64,000 nucleotides of DNA from positions 1,495 through 65,494 of the forward strand of contig JAOTUY010000005.1 in assembly GCA_029863625.1 (NCBI GenBank), written 5' to 3'. The position numbers and the translations under genes are program-made. The stretch comes from Acidimicrobiia bacterium. GTDB lineage: Bacteria; Actinomycetota; Acidimicrobiia; Spongiisociales; UBA4744. The first letter of the stretch is position 1. Each line of letters opens with the position of its first letter. The notes under the pieces were generated by a model, which saw nothing but the letters and a program-made list of their open reading frames with translations, was not told the origin of the DNA and did not search any database. Shown in pieces: positions 26,276 through 34,799 of the stretch.

Positions 26276-26680
26276 TTCGGGATGAGCCCGTAGCATCTCC
26301 AGGGTCTCGGCCATACCGTCGGGCAAGCGGCACGGACGGCCATCTGTGTTGATGGAAGCCGCCTTTACGTCGAGCGTCGCGATCGTCTCCCCGTCCCGCG
26401 TCATCGTCTGCCGCCAGCGGGAACTCGCTCGCTTGACCTCGAGCACCTCCGATTGGACCGTCAGGGTGTCCCCGGCCACCGCCGGGACCTCAAAACGAGC
26501 CGTCATGTCGAAGACCACGATCTGCACGCCGATCGCCTTGAGACGGTGGAGTCCCCATCCAATCGACTCGAGTGCCTCGACCCGGGCGGTCTCGAAATAC
26601 CCGAAATACGAAGTGTGATTGACGTGGTCGTACGGGTCGAGCTCATAGAAGCGAACCTTCAGTTCGGTGCGGTGGACCAT
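26267..26680 (-). CDS. acyl-CoA thioesterase (YbgC/4HBT hotdog family)
   Basis: 137 aa. VRFYELDPYDHVNHTSYFGYFETAR is the canonical YbgC/4HBT N-terminus with catalytic Asp/His. Confidence 0.8.
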   Translation of the reverse strand: MVHRTELKVRFYELDPYDHVNHTSYFGYFETARVEALESIGWGLHRLKAIGVQIVVFDMTARFEVPAVAGDTLTVQSEVLEVKRASSRWRQTMTRDGETIATLDVKAASINTDGRPCRLPDGMAETLEMLRAHPELA

Positions 26681-26709
26681 GGCGCCACGCTAGCGCGCCA
26701 GACCCCCTC

Positions 26710-26758
26710 CCCCGTTCTTGCGTGACTTTGCAGCGCTATCCGCAGGTTTCTCACGCCG
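26710..26758. repeat. about 50-bp palindromic repeat element, copy 2
   Basis: cccccgttcttgcgtgactttgcagcgctatccgcaggtttctcacgcc. Same orientation as copy 1, located in the divergent promoter region between the thioesterase and the ADH-like gene. Confidence 0.55.
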
Positions 26759-26815
26759 GAACGGACAAAAAGCGACCCGTCCGAGGCCTCCTGCGAAACC
26801 GCTACCCTGGCCGCC

Positions 26816-27829
26816 ATGAAGGCCTGGGTGCTGCACGACATCAGCGGACCGCAATCCTTTGTGCTCGAAGATGTGGAAACGCCGGACCCGGGGCCAGGCG
26901 AGGTGCGGGTCAAACTGGCCGCTTCGGCACTCAACCACCTCGACATCTGGAGCTCGCTCGGATTGCCAAAGCCTCACCTTCCCCACGTGGCCGGAGCCGA
27001 CGGCGCCGGTGTGATCGATGCGATCGGGGAAGGCGTTTCTTCCGTCAACCCCGGCCAGGAGGTGGTTGTCAATCCGAGCGTTGGTTGCGGCACCTGCCCG
27101 GCCTGCTTGCGGGGCGATACCCCCCTCTGTTCGACCTATCAGATCCTTGGTGAACACCGGTGGGGCACTCTGGCCGAGTACGTCGTCGTGCCGGAACGGA
27201 ATGTGCTTCCCAAACCAGACCAGCTGGGGTGGGAGGAAGCAGCCGCCTACGGACTGGTAACCGGGACCGCCTACCGGATGTTGCGGCGGGCCCGCCTCAG
27301 TTCCGGTGATGTGCTGTTGGTTGTTGGGGTTGGCGGAGGCGTCTCCAGCGCCGGTCTGGCTCTCGGCAAGACGATGGGTGCCACCGTCTATGTCACGTCA
27401 ACCAACACCGACAAGATCTGCCGGGCCATCCAGCTCGGCGCAACCGGCGGGTTCAACTCCACCAACCTCTTCGCCAAGGACCTGAAGCAAGAAATCGGGC
27501 GCGGTGCAGACGTCGTATTGGAGAATGTTGGTCCGGCCACCTGGGAACAGTCGGTCCGCTCACTCGAACCCGGGGGAAGGTTGGTCACCTGCGGTTCGAC
27601 CAGCGGCACCAAGGTCGAGATCACCGTGCCACATCTGTTTTTCAAACAGCTGGAGATCCTGGGGTCGACAATGTTCGACTACGCCGAGTTTGCCGCCGTG
27701 ACCAACCTGATCGGCAGCGGCCGGGTTCCGGTAGTGATCGACAAGATCTTCGACTTCGGTGACCTCCCCGCCGCTCTCGCCCGATTGGAAGCCGGTCAGC
27801 AGCTCGGCAAGATCGTCCTCCGCGCCTAG
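26816..27829 (+). CDS. zinc-binding alcohol dehydrogenase / quinone oxidoreductase (MDR family)
   Basis: 337 aa with GEVRVKLAASALNHLD, structural zinc cysteines (GCGTCPACLRGDTPLC) and a Rossmann VVGVGGGVS. Confidence 0.85.
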   Translation: MKAWVLHDISGPQSFVLEDVETPDPGPGEVRVKLAASALNHLDIWSSLGLPKPHLPHVAGADGAGVIDAIGEGVSSVNPGQEVVVNPSVGCGTCPACLRGDTPLCSTYQILGEHRWGTLAEYVVVPERNVLPKPDQLGWEEAAAYGLVTGTAYRMLRRARLSSGDVLLVVGVGGGVSSAGLALGKTMGATVYVTSTNTDKICRAIQLGATGGFNSTNLFAKDLKQEIGRGADVVLENVGPATWEQSVRSLEPGGRLVTCGSTSGTKVEITVPHLFFKQLEILGSTMFDYAEFAAVTNLIGSGRVPVVIDKIFDFGDLPAALARLEAGQQLGKIVLRA

Positions 27830-27938
27830 CCGCGAGACCGACCGGGGCCTATACTCTCCGGCTGTTCCGCCACCTGGCGCGCCTCCCCAACGCATGGCTA
27901 ACCTGTGCGACGCGAGCCAAGCGGCGAGCAAACCCCCT

Positions 27939-28013
27939 GGGGGCGTGGTGAAGCCTGGAGTTCACGCCGGCCTGTCAAGCCGGAGGTCGCGGGTTCAAAT
28001 CCCGTCGCTCCCG
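27939..28013 (+). tRNA. tRNA-Asp (anticodon GUC)
   Basis: Hand-folded cloverleaf. Acceptor gggggcg/cgctccc with a G-U pair, D-arm, anticodon stem ccggc/gccgg with loop CUGUCAA (anticodon GUC), variable loop aggtc, T-arm gcggg-ttcaaat-cccgt, discriminator G. CCA is not encoded. Confidence 0.85.
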
Positions 28014-28051
28014 CCGGTGATTCTCCAGCTGCGCCCGGCACGGGCGCACCC

Positions 28052-28127
28052 GGCCAGGTAGCTCAGTTGGCAGAGCACAGGTCTGAAAAACCTGGGGTCG
28101 GCAGTTCGATTCTGCCCCTGGCCACCA
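28052..28127 (+). tRNA. tRNA-Phe (anticodon GAA)
   Basis: ggccagg-ta-gctc-agttggca-gagc-a-caggt-CTGAAAA-acctg-gggtc-ggcag-ttcgatt-ctgcc-cctggcc-a-CCA. A perfect cloverleaf of 76 nt with encoded CCA. Confidence 0.9.
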
Positions 28128-28212
28128 AAAGAAACCCCAGCGTGTGCGGCTATTCTGGCCCACTAGCTGGGGTTATTCGTTCAAGACACTCTTCATTGCG
28201 ACCTGGCCCTTT

Positions 28213-28745
28213 TCAACGGTTTTCAACATCACAGCACAAATAGAGACCGAACCTCTGTGCGGGTCGGGTCGGCTCTGCCGGAACCTTCGCCGTCCATGTC
28301 GGGTCGAACCGGTAGACGCCGACACGGGAGATGTGGGCGAATCGCAACGTATCACCATGGTGCGTTGATAACCCGTACTCCCCAAGTGTCGGACTGATGA
28401 TGTGGGTGGTGGTGCGAGAGTGGCTGGCATAGTGCTCGGATGCGATCAAGCGGTAGAGGCATGTGGCTCACGACAGTTGGCGGTGGCCATGTCGGGCCGA
28501 GGGACACCCGATGGACGCACTCGACCACCAGACCGCCGACCGTCATTCGAGATGGCGCCGCCGGCCTGAGACGCAGGTTCAATCTGAGCGATTGCTCCGC
28601 CTCCTTGGTCGCCGGGCGGCGGGGCCCAGGTGGGACCGTTGCGCAGACAGAAGTCGATCTCCGACGGTTCCAACCAACCAACAGACGTCGCTAGAGCCCG
28701 GAGGGCACCCAGGAACGTCTCCGTAGTGTGCGTGGCTCGGCCCAC
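28213..28745 (-). pseudogene. degraded ORF remnant, possibly a tyrosine-recombinase C-terminal fragment
   Basis: Three overlapping minus-strand reading frames are needed to cover the segment. The last frame reads ...YASHSRTTTHIISPTLGEYGLSTHHGDTLRFAHI, loosely reminiscent of the integrase box-II region (RHTxATHLL...LGH...T..Y.H) but with the catalytic Tyr position altered. It lies immediately 3' of tRNA-Phe, a classical integration hotspot. Confidence 0.2.
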
Positions 28746-28815
28746 ATCCTGATCACCGATCCTTCAGCACAGCCACCCCGAACCGAACCGTGACAGATAT
28801 CGGTAACCTGAGCGA

Positions 28816-29547
28816 ATGAATTCGCGTGGCGCCGCCGGCGGGTGGCTGCGGTCCCGGAAGCTGGTTGGTCTCCGCGAGTACGTGGTGGTTTGGGCCGGAT
28901 CCGCAGGCGCGATCGTTGTCCTGGGCCACTCGAGTGACGCCGACTTCGCTCGATACTTCGGCGAGACGCCCCCCCTCATCGCAGTCGGGCTGGTGGGAAC
29001 CGCCGGCCTGGCGGCCCTACGGACGCTCTCGTCTGAGGGGTGGCTGACAGCCGAGGGTATGTCGGCGTTTCGCCGCGGAGCCGGGTCGGCAGCCAAGATC
29101 GCCACGATGTTTGGTGGGGCGATCCTCGTAGCGGACCGTCTCGGGAGGTTCCCGGAAGACATCAACGTCGCGTGGCCGCGTGCGCTGCTTTTCTACCCGG
29201 CGATGGGGTTCGTCGCCGAGGTCGTCTTCCATCTCATACCGCTGTCCCTGTTCTCGCCGCTCGTCCGCATGCTCACCAACTGGGACAAAGGACAGCGGTC
29301 GTACATCATCGTCTCGATAGCGGCCGTCGCTCTCGCGGAGGCTGCCTTCCAGGTGTTCACCGGGGGCTCCGGTGACCGTAATCGGTGGTTGTCGGCCTAC
29401 TTGGGGTTGCATCTCCTCGGGTTCGGTGGGGCGCAACTCGCCGTCTTGCGCAAACGCGGTTTCGCCTCCATGGCGCTCATGCGCCTCGTCTACTACGCCA
29501 TCTGGCACATCCTGTGGGGACGCCTTCGACTCACCCTCCTGTTCTGA
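28816..29547 (+). CDS. hypothetical integral membrane protein
   Basis: 243 aa with five or six hydrophobic helices (IVVLGHSS, LIAVGLVGTAGLAAL, FYPAMGFVAEVVFHLIPLSLF, YIIVSIAAVALAEAAF, YLGLHLLGFGG). No motif recognised. Confidence 0.55.
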   Translation: MNSRGAAGGWLRSRKLVGLREYVVVWAGSAGAIVVLGHSSDADFARYFGETPPLIAVGLVGTAGLAALRTLSSEGWLTAEGMSAFRRGAGSAAKIATMFGGAILVADRLGRFPEDINVAWPRALLFYPAMGFVAEVVFHLIPLSLFSPLVRMLTNWDKGQRSYIIVSIAAVALAEAAFQVFTGGSGDRNRWLSAYLGLHLLGFGGAQLAVLRKRGFASMALMRLVYYAIWHILWGRLRLTLLF

Positions 29548-29742
29548 CCCCACTTCGTGTCGGCCCGTGCCGGGCGCGCCAGGTCCGCACGGAGAGCCCC
29601 CGGAACGGCCGTCGGGGTGGAAACCGTCGTATTATCAACACCGAGGTGGCCGAAGTCCCCACGGGTGCATAGTCATCGCACGTGGCGGCGACCAACGCGA
29701 CGGCGACAAACCACACCAATAGCCTCACCCCGAGTGCTCTCC

Positions 29743-30933
29743 TCATCTCGAATCCTCTTCAGGCGCCGCTTCGTGCAGGTTCAATGAGACAACGTCGATC
29801 CGATCGGGACGGGGCACCATTGCGATCAGCCGCCCGTCGGGAGCCACCGAGATGAAATCCTGGGGGACGTATGCGTTGGCCGCGACTTCCGGGAGCGGGT
29901 AGGTGGCGGTGGCCAGAACTCGCCCGGCCAGATCGACATACAGAACCGTCAGATCGACGGCGAGCACCCCGTCGTCGAGCCAGACGTCAGAGAGGAGCAC
30001 CGCCACGGCGCCCGGGACGGTTCCCTCGTAGGTGAGTGAGCCTTGTTCCCGGATGGGGATCTCAAGAGTGGCCTCACCTATCGCGAACCGGGCCAGACGT
30101 TCCGTTGTGGCGAGCGGGCGAAGCGTGAGGCCGTCTATCTGATAGCCGGGAAGCAGCCGGGGTGAGAACCGCCCACCCTCATCGAAGGCCGCATACACCA
30201 TGGTGCCCGCTTCGAGTTCAACCCACAGATCCCCGTTGGGCCCCATTTCGATCCCGGTCAATCCATTCTCGAGATGCAGACCGTCGGGGAGGGTATGGGC
30301 GCCGAGGTAGTTGCCGGTATTGGAGTAGGAGACGAGCCGGTAACGGTCGAGCACCGGCACGGCCTCGAGTCCCCACACCCCACCGTCGTGAGCAACCACG
30401 TCGATGAGCGGACCCACCTCGTCTGCGTCGGTGTCCACATCGACGAGGATCGAGCCGTCCGCGCCGACTCGGAGAAGGCGTAGCCCTTGCGTATCGGCGA
30501 TCCACACCGAAACGTCCGCCGCCACCGAAAATCCTGCCGGACCGGTCAGGAGCCAATCCGGTTCGCCGCCCTCATAGGTAACACCCCCCTCACCAACCGG
30601 GATGGTAAACAGGACACTCACCGGGGCAGACCCGGGCTCGGAGATCGGCAGCTGCACTGGGATCGTCGTTGCAGTCGGAGACGTGGTCGGCGGGCCGGTC
30701 GACGTGACCGGTGTCGACGGCGATGAGGTCTCTCGGGTGGTTACACCGCAACCGGCGCCCATCAGCGAGATGGTTCCGAAGAGAACCACCAACAGCCATC
30801 GAGTGGCACGGCCGTAGGTTGGTCGCCACGGTGAGGGACCCCGGAGGAGGCGACCCAGCTGGTTGAACGGAGCGGCTCCAGAAGGCGATCGGGTTCGGCT
30901 CCTCCCCCGAAAGGGCGCAGCGCGGTTAATCAT
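29743..30933 (-). CDS. lipoprotein, hypothetical (Thr/Pro-rich linker followed by a beta-rich domain)
   Basis: Signal peptide with lipobox (WLLVVLFGTISLMGAGCG) and a TSPSTPVTSTGPPTTSPTATT linker. The annotated N-terminal extension before the signal peptide suggests the true start may be further downstream. Confidence 0.6.
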   Translation of the reverse strand: MINRAAPFRGRSRTRSPSGAAPFNQLGRLLRGPSPWRPTYGRATRWLLVVLFGTISLMGAGCGVTTRETSSPSTPVTSTGPPTTSPTATTIPVQLPISEPGSAPVSVLFTIPVGEGGVTYEGGEPDWLLTGPAGFSVAADVSVWIADTQGLRLLRVGADGSILVDVDTDADEVGPLIDVVAHDGGVWGLEAVPVLDRYRLVSYSNTGNYLGAHTLPDGLHLENGLTGIEMGPNGDLWVELEAGTMVYAAFDEGGRFSPRLLPGYQIDGLTLRPLATTERLARFAIGEATLEIPIREQGSLTYEGTVPGAVAVLLSDVWLDDGVLAVDLTVLYVDLAGRVLATATYPLPEVAANAYVPQDFISVAPDGRLIAMVPRPDRIDVVSLNLHEAAPEEDSR

Positions 30934-31153
30934 CGTCGATCGTCTCTAACCGCACGGGTTCAATCCCGAGATCGAAGAGATGGTTGATGACGCCGTGGAG
31001 ATGGGATTGGTCGACCAGACGGCCGGCCAGGACCGTGTTCCCGCGGTCATCTCCCCGATTCGAGCCGATGTTGATCCCGCCGGCGAAGCGGTCGCTGAAG
31101 CGACCCTTCGCAATGATGGCACCTGTGTCAAATACGACGTGAACGCTGGTCAT
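30926..31153 (-). CDS. small hypothetical protein
   Basis: 75 aa. Its stop overlaps the lipoprotein start by 8 nt, and its own start overlaps the upstream membrane gene as ATGA, consistent with a three-gene operon. Confidence 0.5.
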   Translation of the reverse strand: MTSVHVVFDTGAIIAKGRFSDRFAGGINIGSNRGDDRGNTVLAGRLVDQSHLHGVINHLFDLGIEPVRLETIDDD

Positions 31154-31980
31154 GAAGCAGTCTCGCTAGTGAGGGTCTCAGAGGTTGCGTCGCTTGATAG
31201 TGGCCGCTTCACCGTGGCGAGACGGATTCCCATCAGGAGCATCCAGGCAAGCCAGAGCAGCGATCCGAGCAGGCCGGCCATCTCCCACTTGGGGAAGTTG
31301 GGGATAACGGTGGCGAAGAGTTCGAGTTGGGCAATGCTGTAGACGACGGCGGCGGTGATGCCAAACCATCCGAGCCACGGACGGAAGATGCGGGAGCGGA
31401 ACATCATGGTCGCCACCATCACCATCCAAGCGATGGTGAACAGCTGGCCGAGGTGCTCGCCGAGTACGACCCCGCCGTATTGATGGATCGCTTGGAAGGT
31501 CACTTCGATCGCCGATCGGGTGGCATCGGAGGCGCCGGGTGCTGTGTGGGCGGCGGCCAGTCCTGGGACCACAAACACCCATCGCAACAGTCCGACGATC
31601 TGGATGATGCCGCCCACAATGCCGAACGCGGTGGCGATTCCGATCAGCTGGTGGCGTTCCTCCACGAGGATCCGTCGGAGCAGCATGACGCCGAGCAGGA
31701 TGGGGAGACCGGCCCAGGCGAAGGCCAACCAGGTGAGGATGAGACCGCTCCCGCCGGCCTGGAACTGGGCCAGGATTTCACTGGTCGGCTTCCGAAGGAG
31801 GTCGGGATAATTGAAGTTGGCGATCAGCATGCTGTAGGGGATGTTCACCAGCAGTGCCCCCAGGATGAACATCAATCCGGTGAACCGATACCGCCGCCTC
31901 TGAAAACGGCCATCTTCGGTTCGGGCGCCGGCGCTCATCACGGGTCGATCCGTTGTCGTGGGTGAGAGTGTGTTGACCAC
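31150..31980 (-). CDS. DUF4386-like multi-pass membrane protein
   Basis: 276 aa with six or more TM helices (FTGLMFILGALLVNIPY, LILTWLAFAWAGLPILLGVMLL, AFGIVGGIIQIVGLL, etc.). It is the first gene of the operon controlled by the palindromes at 31999-32038. Confidence 0.6.
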   Translation of the reverse strand: MVNTLSPTTTDRPVMSAGARTEDGRFQRRRYRFTGLMFILGALLVNIPYSMLIANFNYPDLLRKPTSEILAQFQAGGSGLILTWLAFAWAGLPILLGVMLLRRILVEERHQLIGIATAFGIVGGIIQIVGLLRWVFVVPGLAAAHTAPGASDATRSAIEVTFQAIHQYGGVVLGEHLGQLFTIAWMVMVATMMFRSRIFRPWLGWFGITAAVVYSIAQLELFATVIPNFPKWEMAGLLGSLLWLAWMLLMGIRLATVKRPLSSDATSETLTSETAS

Positions 31981-31998
31981 TTGCTACCTCCTCAGCTT

Positions 31999-32013
31999 GT
32001 GTACTTAGTACAC
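31999..32013. promoter_or_regulatory. operator palindrome 1 (GTGTACT-T-AGTACAC)
   Basis: A perfect 7-1-7 inverted repeat read directly, located between the divergent DUF4386 operon and the TetR gene. Confidence 0.6.
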
Positions 32014-32023
32014 TTATGATAGG

Positions 32024-32038
32024 GTGTACTAAGTACAC
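32024..32038. promoter_or_regulatory. operator palindrome 2 (GTGTACT-A-AGTACAC)
   Basis: A second perfect 7-1-7 palindrome 10 bp downstream of the first. Tandem operators are typical for TetR-family repressors. Confidence 0.6.
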
Positions 32039-32055
32039 ATGTCAAGGGGGAATGA

Positions 32056-32748
32056 ATGAAACCAACACCGCAGTCTGCTCAAGCGAAGACGCTCGACCGA
32101 TCGCAGGTCGTCGCCGAAGCACTGCACCTGGTCAACCAAGAAGGCTTCGATCGGTTGACGATGCGAAACCTCGCCGCCCGCCTCGGCGTGGTACCCATGG
32201 CCCTCTACCGCCACGTCACCAACAAGGAAGAGCTGATCGACGCCGTATTCGAACTTGCGCTAAGCGACATCAAACTCCCCGACCCCGATCTCACCTGGCG
32301 TCCTGGACTCGACGCCCTGGCCCGAGCAATCCGCGAACTACTGCTCGAACATCCGCCGCTGGCCGTCGAGGTGGTCGGCCGGCCCACCCTGGGACCCGCC
32401 TCACTTCGCATCGCCGAATACGGGTACCGTGTCATGCGCACCTCAGGCTTCTCCGACATCGACACCAACGGCGGCATCAACACACTCGTCACCTACGTGA
32501 TCGGGTTCACCGCCCTCGAAGTCCCCAGACGGCACTCGGTCGGCGCAAACCCGCCGCCCGACCTTTCCAAACTACAATCGCTCTACGCCGACCTCCCCGC
32601 CGACCAGTTCCCCCACACGGTGCAGCTGCAACCCCAAGTAGAAGGCCTCGTCACCCCCGAACAGTTCGACCACGGCCTCACCACCCTCCTCGACGGACTC
32701 GAACACCGACTTCAAGACAGCAAAAATGCCGCGTCTCAGTGTCGATGA
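32056..32748 (+). CDS. TetR family transcriptional regulator
   Basis: The N-terminal HTH reads VVAEALHLVNQEGFDRLTMRNLAARLGVVPMALYRHVTNKEEL. Confidence 0.85.
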   Translation: MKPTPQSAQAKTLDRSQVVAEALHLVNQEGFDRLTMRNLAARLGVVPMALYRHVTNKEELIDAVFELALSDIKLPDPDLTWRPGLDALARAIRELLLEHPPLAVEVVGRPTLGPASLRIAEYGYRVMRTSGFSDIDTNGGINTLVTYVIGFTALEVPRRHSVGANPPPDLSKLQSLYADLPADQFPHTVQLQPQVEGLVTPEQFDHGLTTLLDGLEHRLQDSKNAASQCR

Positions 32749-33173
32749 CCCCGGCAGCCAAACAAAGAAGGTCGGCGCATGACAGACGCCCAGCACAGCC
32801 ATCAGCTGACGATTCACGACGGCGCCGGCGCCCTCGCCGTCCGTGACAGTCACTGCCACGTGTTCGGCACCGGCCCACCTCGCCCGCCCTCGGCGAACTC
32901 CTGCTCCAGCTAGCTCCCTGCCATGGAACCAGCAAATCCCGCCGCTCGCCCGCGAGCACGAACCCGCAAACGCCGCGAGAACCGCCCCGAGGGTGGGCCA
33001 ACGGCCAATGTCTCACCGGGTGAGCCGGTCTGCGGGCCGCCCAATCCCCCGAACGGCGCCGCAACGCGGCTTGCGGGTATGAGGGCCTGCTGCGCGGGTT
33101 ATTGATCTGGTGCTCAAAGTAGATCGGGCCACGACGCCTGGGGCGAGGCCCGACCCACCGGAGGGACCTCGAT

Positions 33174-33725
33174 TCACCCGGTGACCGTGATCATCCCGGT
33201 CATGGAGGGGTGGATGGTGCAGATGTAGGCGTAGGTCCCCGGGGTGCTGAACGTGAAACTGAAGCGATCGTCGGGGAACAGGGTGGCTGCCCACACCCCA
33301 TCGTTCGAAGTCGTGGTGTGGTTGAAGCCGTCCCTGTTCCGCCACCTGACCGTCGTTCCCTTGCTAACCGTGGCGTTCGCCGGTTGGAAGGCCGACCCCG
33401 AGATGTCGATCTCGAACTCGCCGCCGCCGGCGGTGGTCGACGTCGTGCTCGAAGAGGTGGACGACGTCGCGCTCGAAGAGGTGGACGACGTCGCGCCCGA
33501 AGAGGTGGACGACGTCGCGCCCGAAGAGGTGGACGACGTCGCGCCCGAAGAGGTGGACGACGTCGCGCCCGAAGACGTGGACGTGGTCTCTGCAGACGTT
33601 GTCGACGTGACCTCCGCAGTGGAAGTACTCGCGGTATTCGCGGTCTCCCCGGTGTCGTCACCACATGCAGCGACCACCAGGACAAACGCGGCAAACCACA
33701 CCATCCAACAGATCCGGCGATTCAT
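33174..33725 (-). CDS. cupredoxin (plastocyanin/azurin-like) lipoprotein with a Ser/Thr-rich repeat linker
   Basis: The N-terminal MNRRICWMVWFAAFVLVVAACG is a signal peptide with lipobox. The linker repeats SGATSSTSS four times. The C-terminal domain ends in YAYICTIHPSMTGMITV, the type-1 copper site C-x2-H-x4-M, with an upstream His (FNHTT). Confidence 0.75.
   Translation of the reverse strand: MNRRICWMVWFAAFVLVVAACGDDTGETANTASTSTAEVTSTTSAETTSTSSGATSSTSSGATSSTSSGATSSTSSGATSSTSSSATSSTSSSTTSTTAGGGEFEIDISGSAFQPANATVSKGTTVRWRNRDGFNHTTTSNDGVWAATLFPDDRFSFTFSTPGTYAYICTIHPSMTGMITVTG
33427..33590. repeat. 24-bp tandem repeat (about 5.5 copies) inside the cupredoxin gene
   Basis: gaagaggtggacgacgtcgcgc[c/t]c repeats head-to-tail from about 33451 to 33570, with degenerate copies at each end. 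In frame on the minus strand it encodes the SGATSSTSS units. Confidence 0.75.
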
Positions 33726-34142
33726 GCTTCCCCCTCGTTCCATGTGCTTCACACGACCCACGTCGCCGACGGCGACGAGTCTCCATCTGCCGTTCCAGGG
33801 TCGCCAACACGTTCGGGTACTCCCCTCGCGACACGCCCACCATCAACTGGACCACCGAAAACGCTTCGTCGGCCCACCTGAGTCCTCTCTTGTCGAGCCA
33901 GTACGCATCTTGTCGGAGACAGTACGCAGCCCGAGAGCGATTCGGTTCCCGGGAGACTGCTTTTACTCGGCGCCGGTGCCCCAACGGGATCGGACCTTCT
34001 GGCTGACACCCGAACCTTCGGCAGCATATTTGGCGATCTCGGGCGGGAAGCTCAGTTGGTGCCGAGGGGCTTGTTGGCGTGACCTGCGTCTGTGCTGCCG
34101 CTCAGACGGATTTGCGTCCTCCTATGACAGGTCCAGTACCTG

Positions 34143-34706
34143 CTAGTTCGGCTCTACCGAGAAGCCGGGATTCGAAGCCAGGGTGGTTAGCTGTTGCATG
34201 ATCCGGCCGTAGAGGGTTTGGTCGATTGATTCAGGTTCGATGGTTGTTTGGATGATGAACCCTGAGCCGAGTGCCATGGCTACTGCGGCGAGTTCTTCCC
34301 AGGTCGCGAATGACGGGTCGGGTCGGCCGCCGCTCATGGTTGCTCCGACCTCGTTGCGGGCTTGTTGATACCGCTCGGCGAGGGCAGCCCGGGTTTGGGG
34401 GTTGTGGACTGCTTCGAGGAAGAAGTCCAGGGTGGCGAGCGCCCATCCGGTTGGGGTGATGTCGACTTGATCGGGGGTCCCTAGGTCGGTGTCGGTTCGT
34501 TCTTGGTCGAGGAGTTCGAGGAATAGCGCCTCTTTGCTGGGCCAGTTCGAGTAGACGGCGCCTTTGGAGTATCCGGCCGTTTCGGCGATCTCTTCGAGTG
34601 ATGCGCCTCGATATCCCCGTTGTGAAAACAACTCTCGCGCAGTGTGGAGGATGGCCTGGCGGGTGCGTTGGCGTGCTTCTTGTCTGCTGAGTCTGCGTTG
34701 AGCCAT
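34143..34706 (-). CDS. TetR family transcriptional regulator
   Basis: HTH: TRQAILHTARELFSQRGYRGASLEEIAETAGYSKGAVYSNWPSKEALF. Confidence 0.85.
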   Translation of the reverse strand: MAQRRLSRQEARQRTRQAILHTARELFSQRGYRGASLEEIAETAGYSKGAVYSNWPSKEALFLELLDQERTDTDLGTPDQVDITPTGWALATLDFFLEAVHNPQTRAALAERYQQARNEVGATMSGGRPDPSFATWEELAAVAMALGSGFIIQTTIEPESIDQTLYGRIMQQLTTLASNPGFSVEPN

Positions 34707-34732
34707 CTTCGACCTTTCTCTTCAAGATCATG

Positions 34733-34779
34733 ATACCATAGGTATTGACATACCTATAGTATTGAAGTACTATACGTAT
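34733..34779. promoter_or_regulatory. AT-rich operator region with palindromes (ATACC-ATA-GGTAT, ATACCTATAGTAT, ATACGTAT)
   Basis: ATACCATAGGTAT is a perfect 13-bp palindrome at 34733-34745. A related imperfect site and an ATACGTAT palindrome follow. The region lies in the divergent promoter between TetR (34143-34706) and the small membrane gene. Confidence 0.5.
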
Positions 34780-34799
34780 GACACATAGAGGAGGTCAAG

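Noticed and set aside
26220-26760. Possibility that the 50-bp palindromic repeats are integron attC sites flanking a gene cassette
   Set aside because: There are no GTTRRRY (R') and RYYYAAC (R'') core sites and no intI nearby, so an integron interpretation is not supported.
27830-27938. Possible third tRNA upstream of tRNA-Asp
   Set aside because: No acceptor, T-arm or anticodon structure could be folded by hand in this 110-bp segment.
32016-32846. 276-aa Arg/Pro-rich ORF overlapping the TetR gene
   Set aside because: The alternative frame to a clearly recognisable TetR HTH protein, with low-complexity RRPRRP composition.
33427-33590. Possibility that the 24-bp tandem repeat is a CRISPR array
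   Set aside because: The units are contiguous with no spacers, lie inside an ORF in frame, and encode a Ser/Thr linker. This is not CRISPR.
33210-34146. Two overlapping plus-strand ORFs of 223 and 300 aa
   Set aside because: They are antisense to the cupredoxin gene and run through its 24-bp repeats, giving RRARRGG and EVDDVAP repeats. These are artefacts of the repeat.
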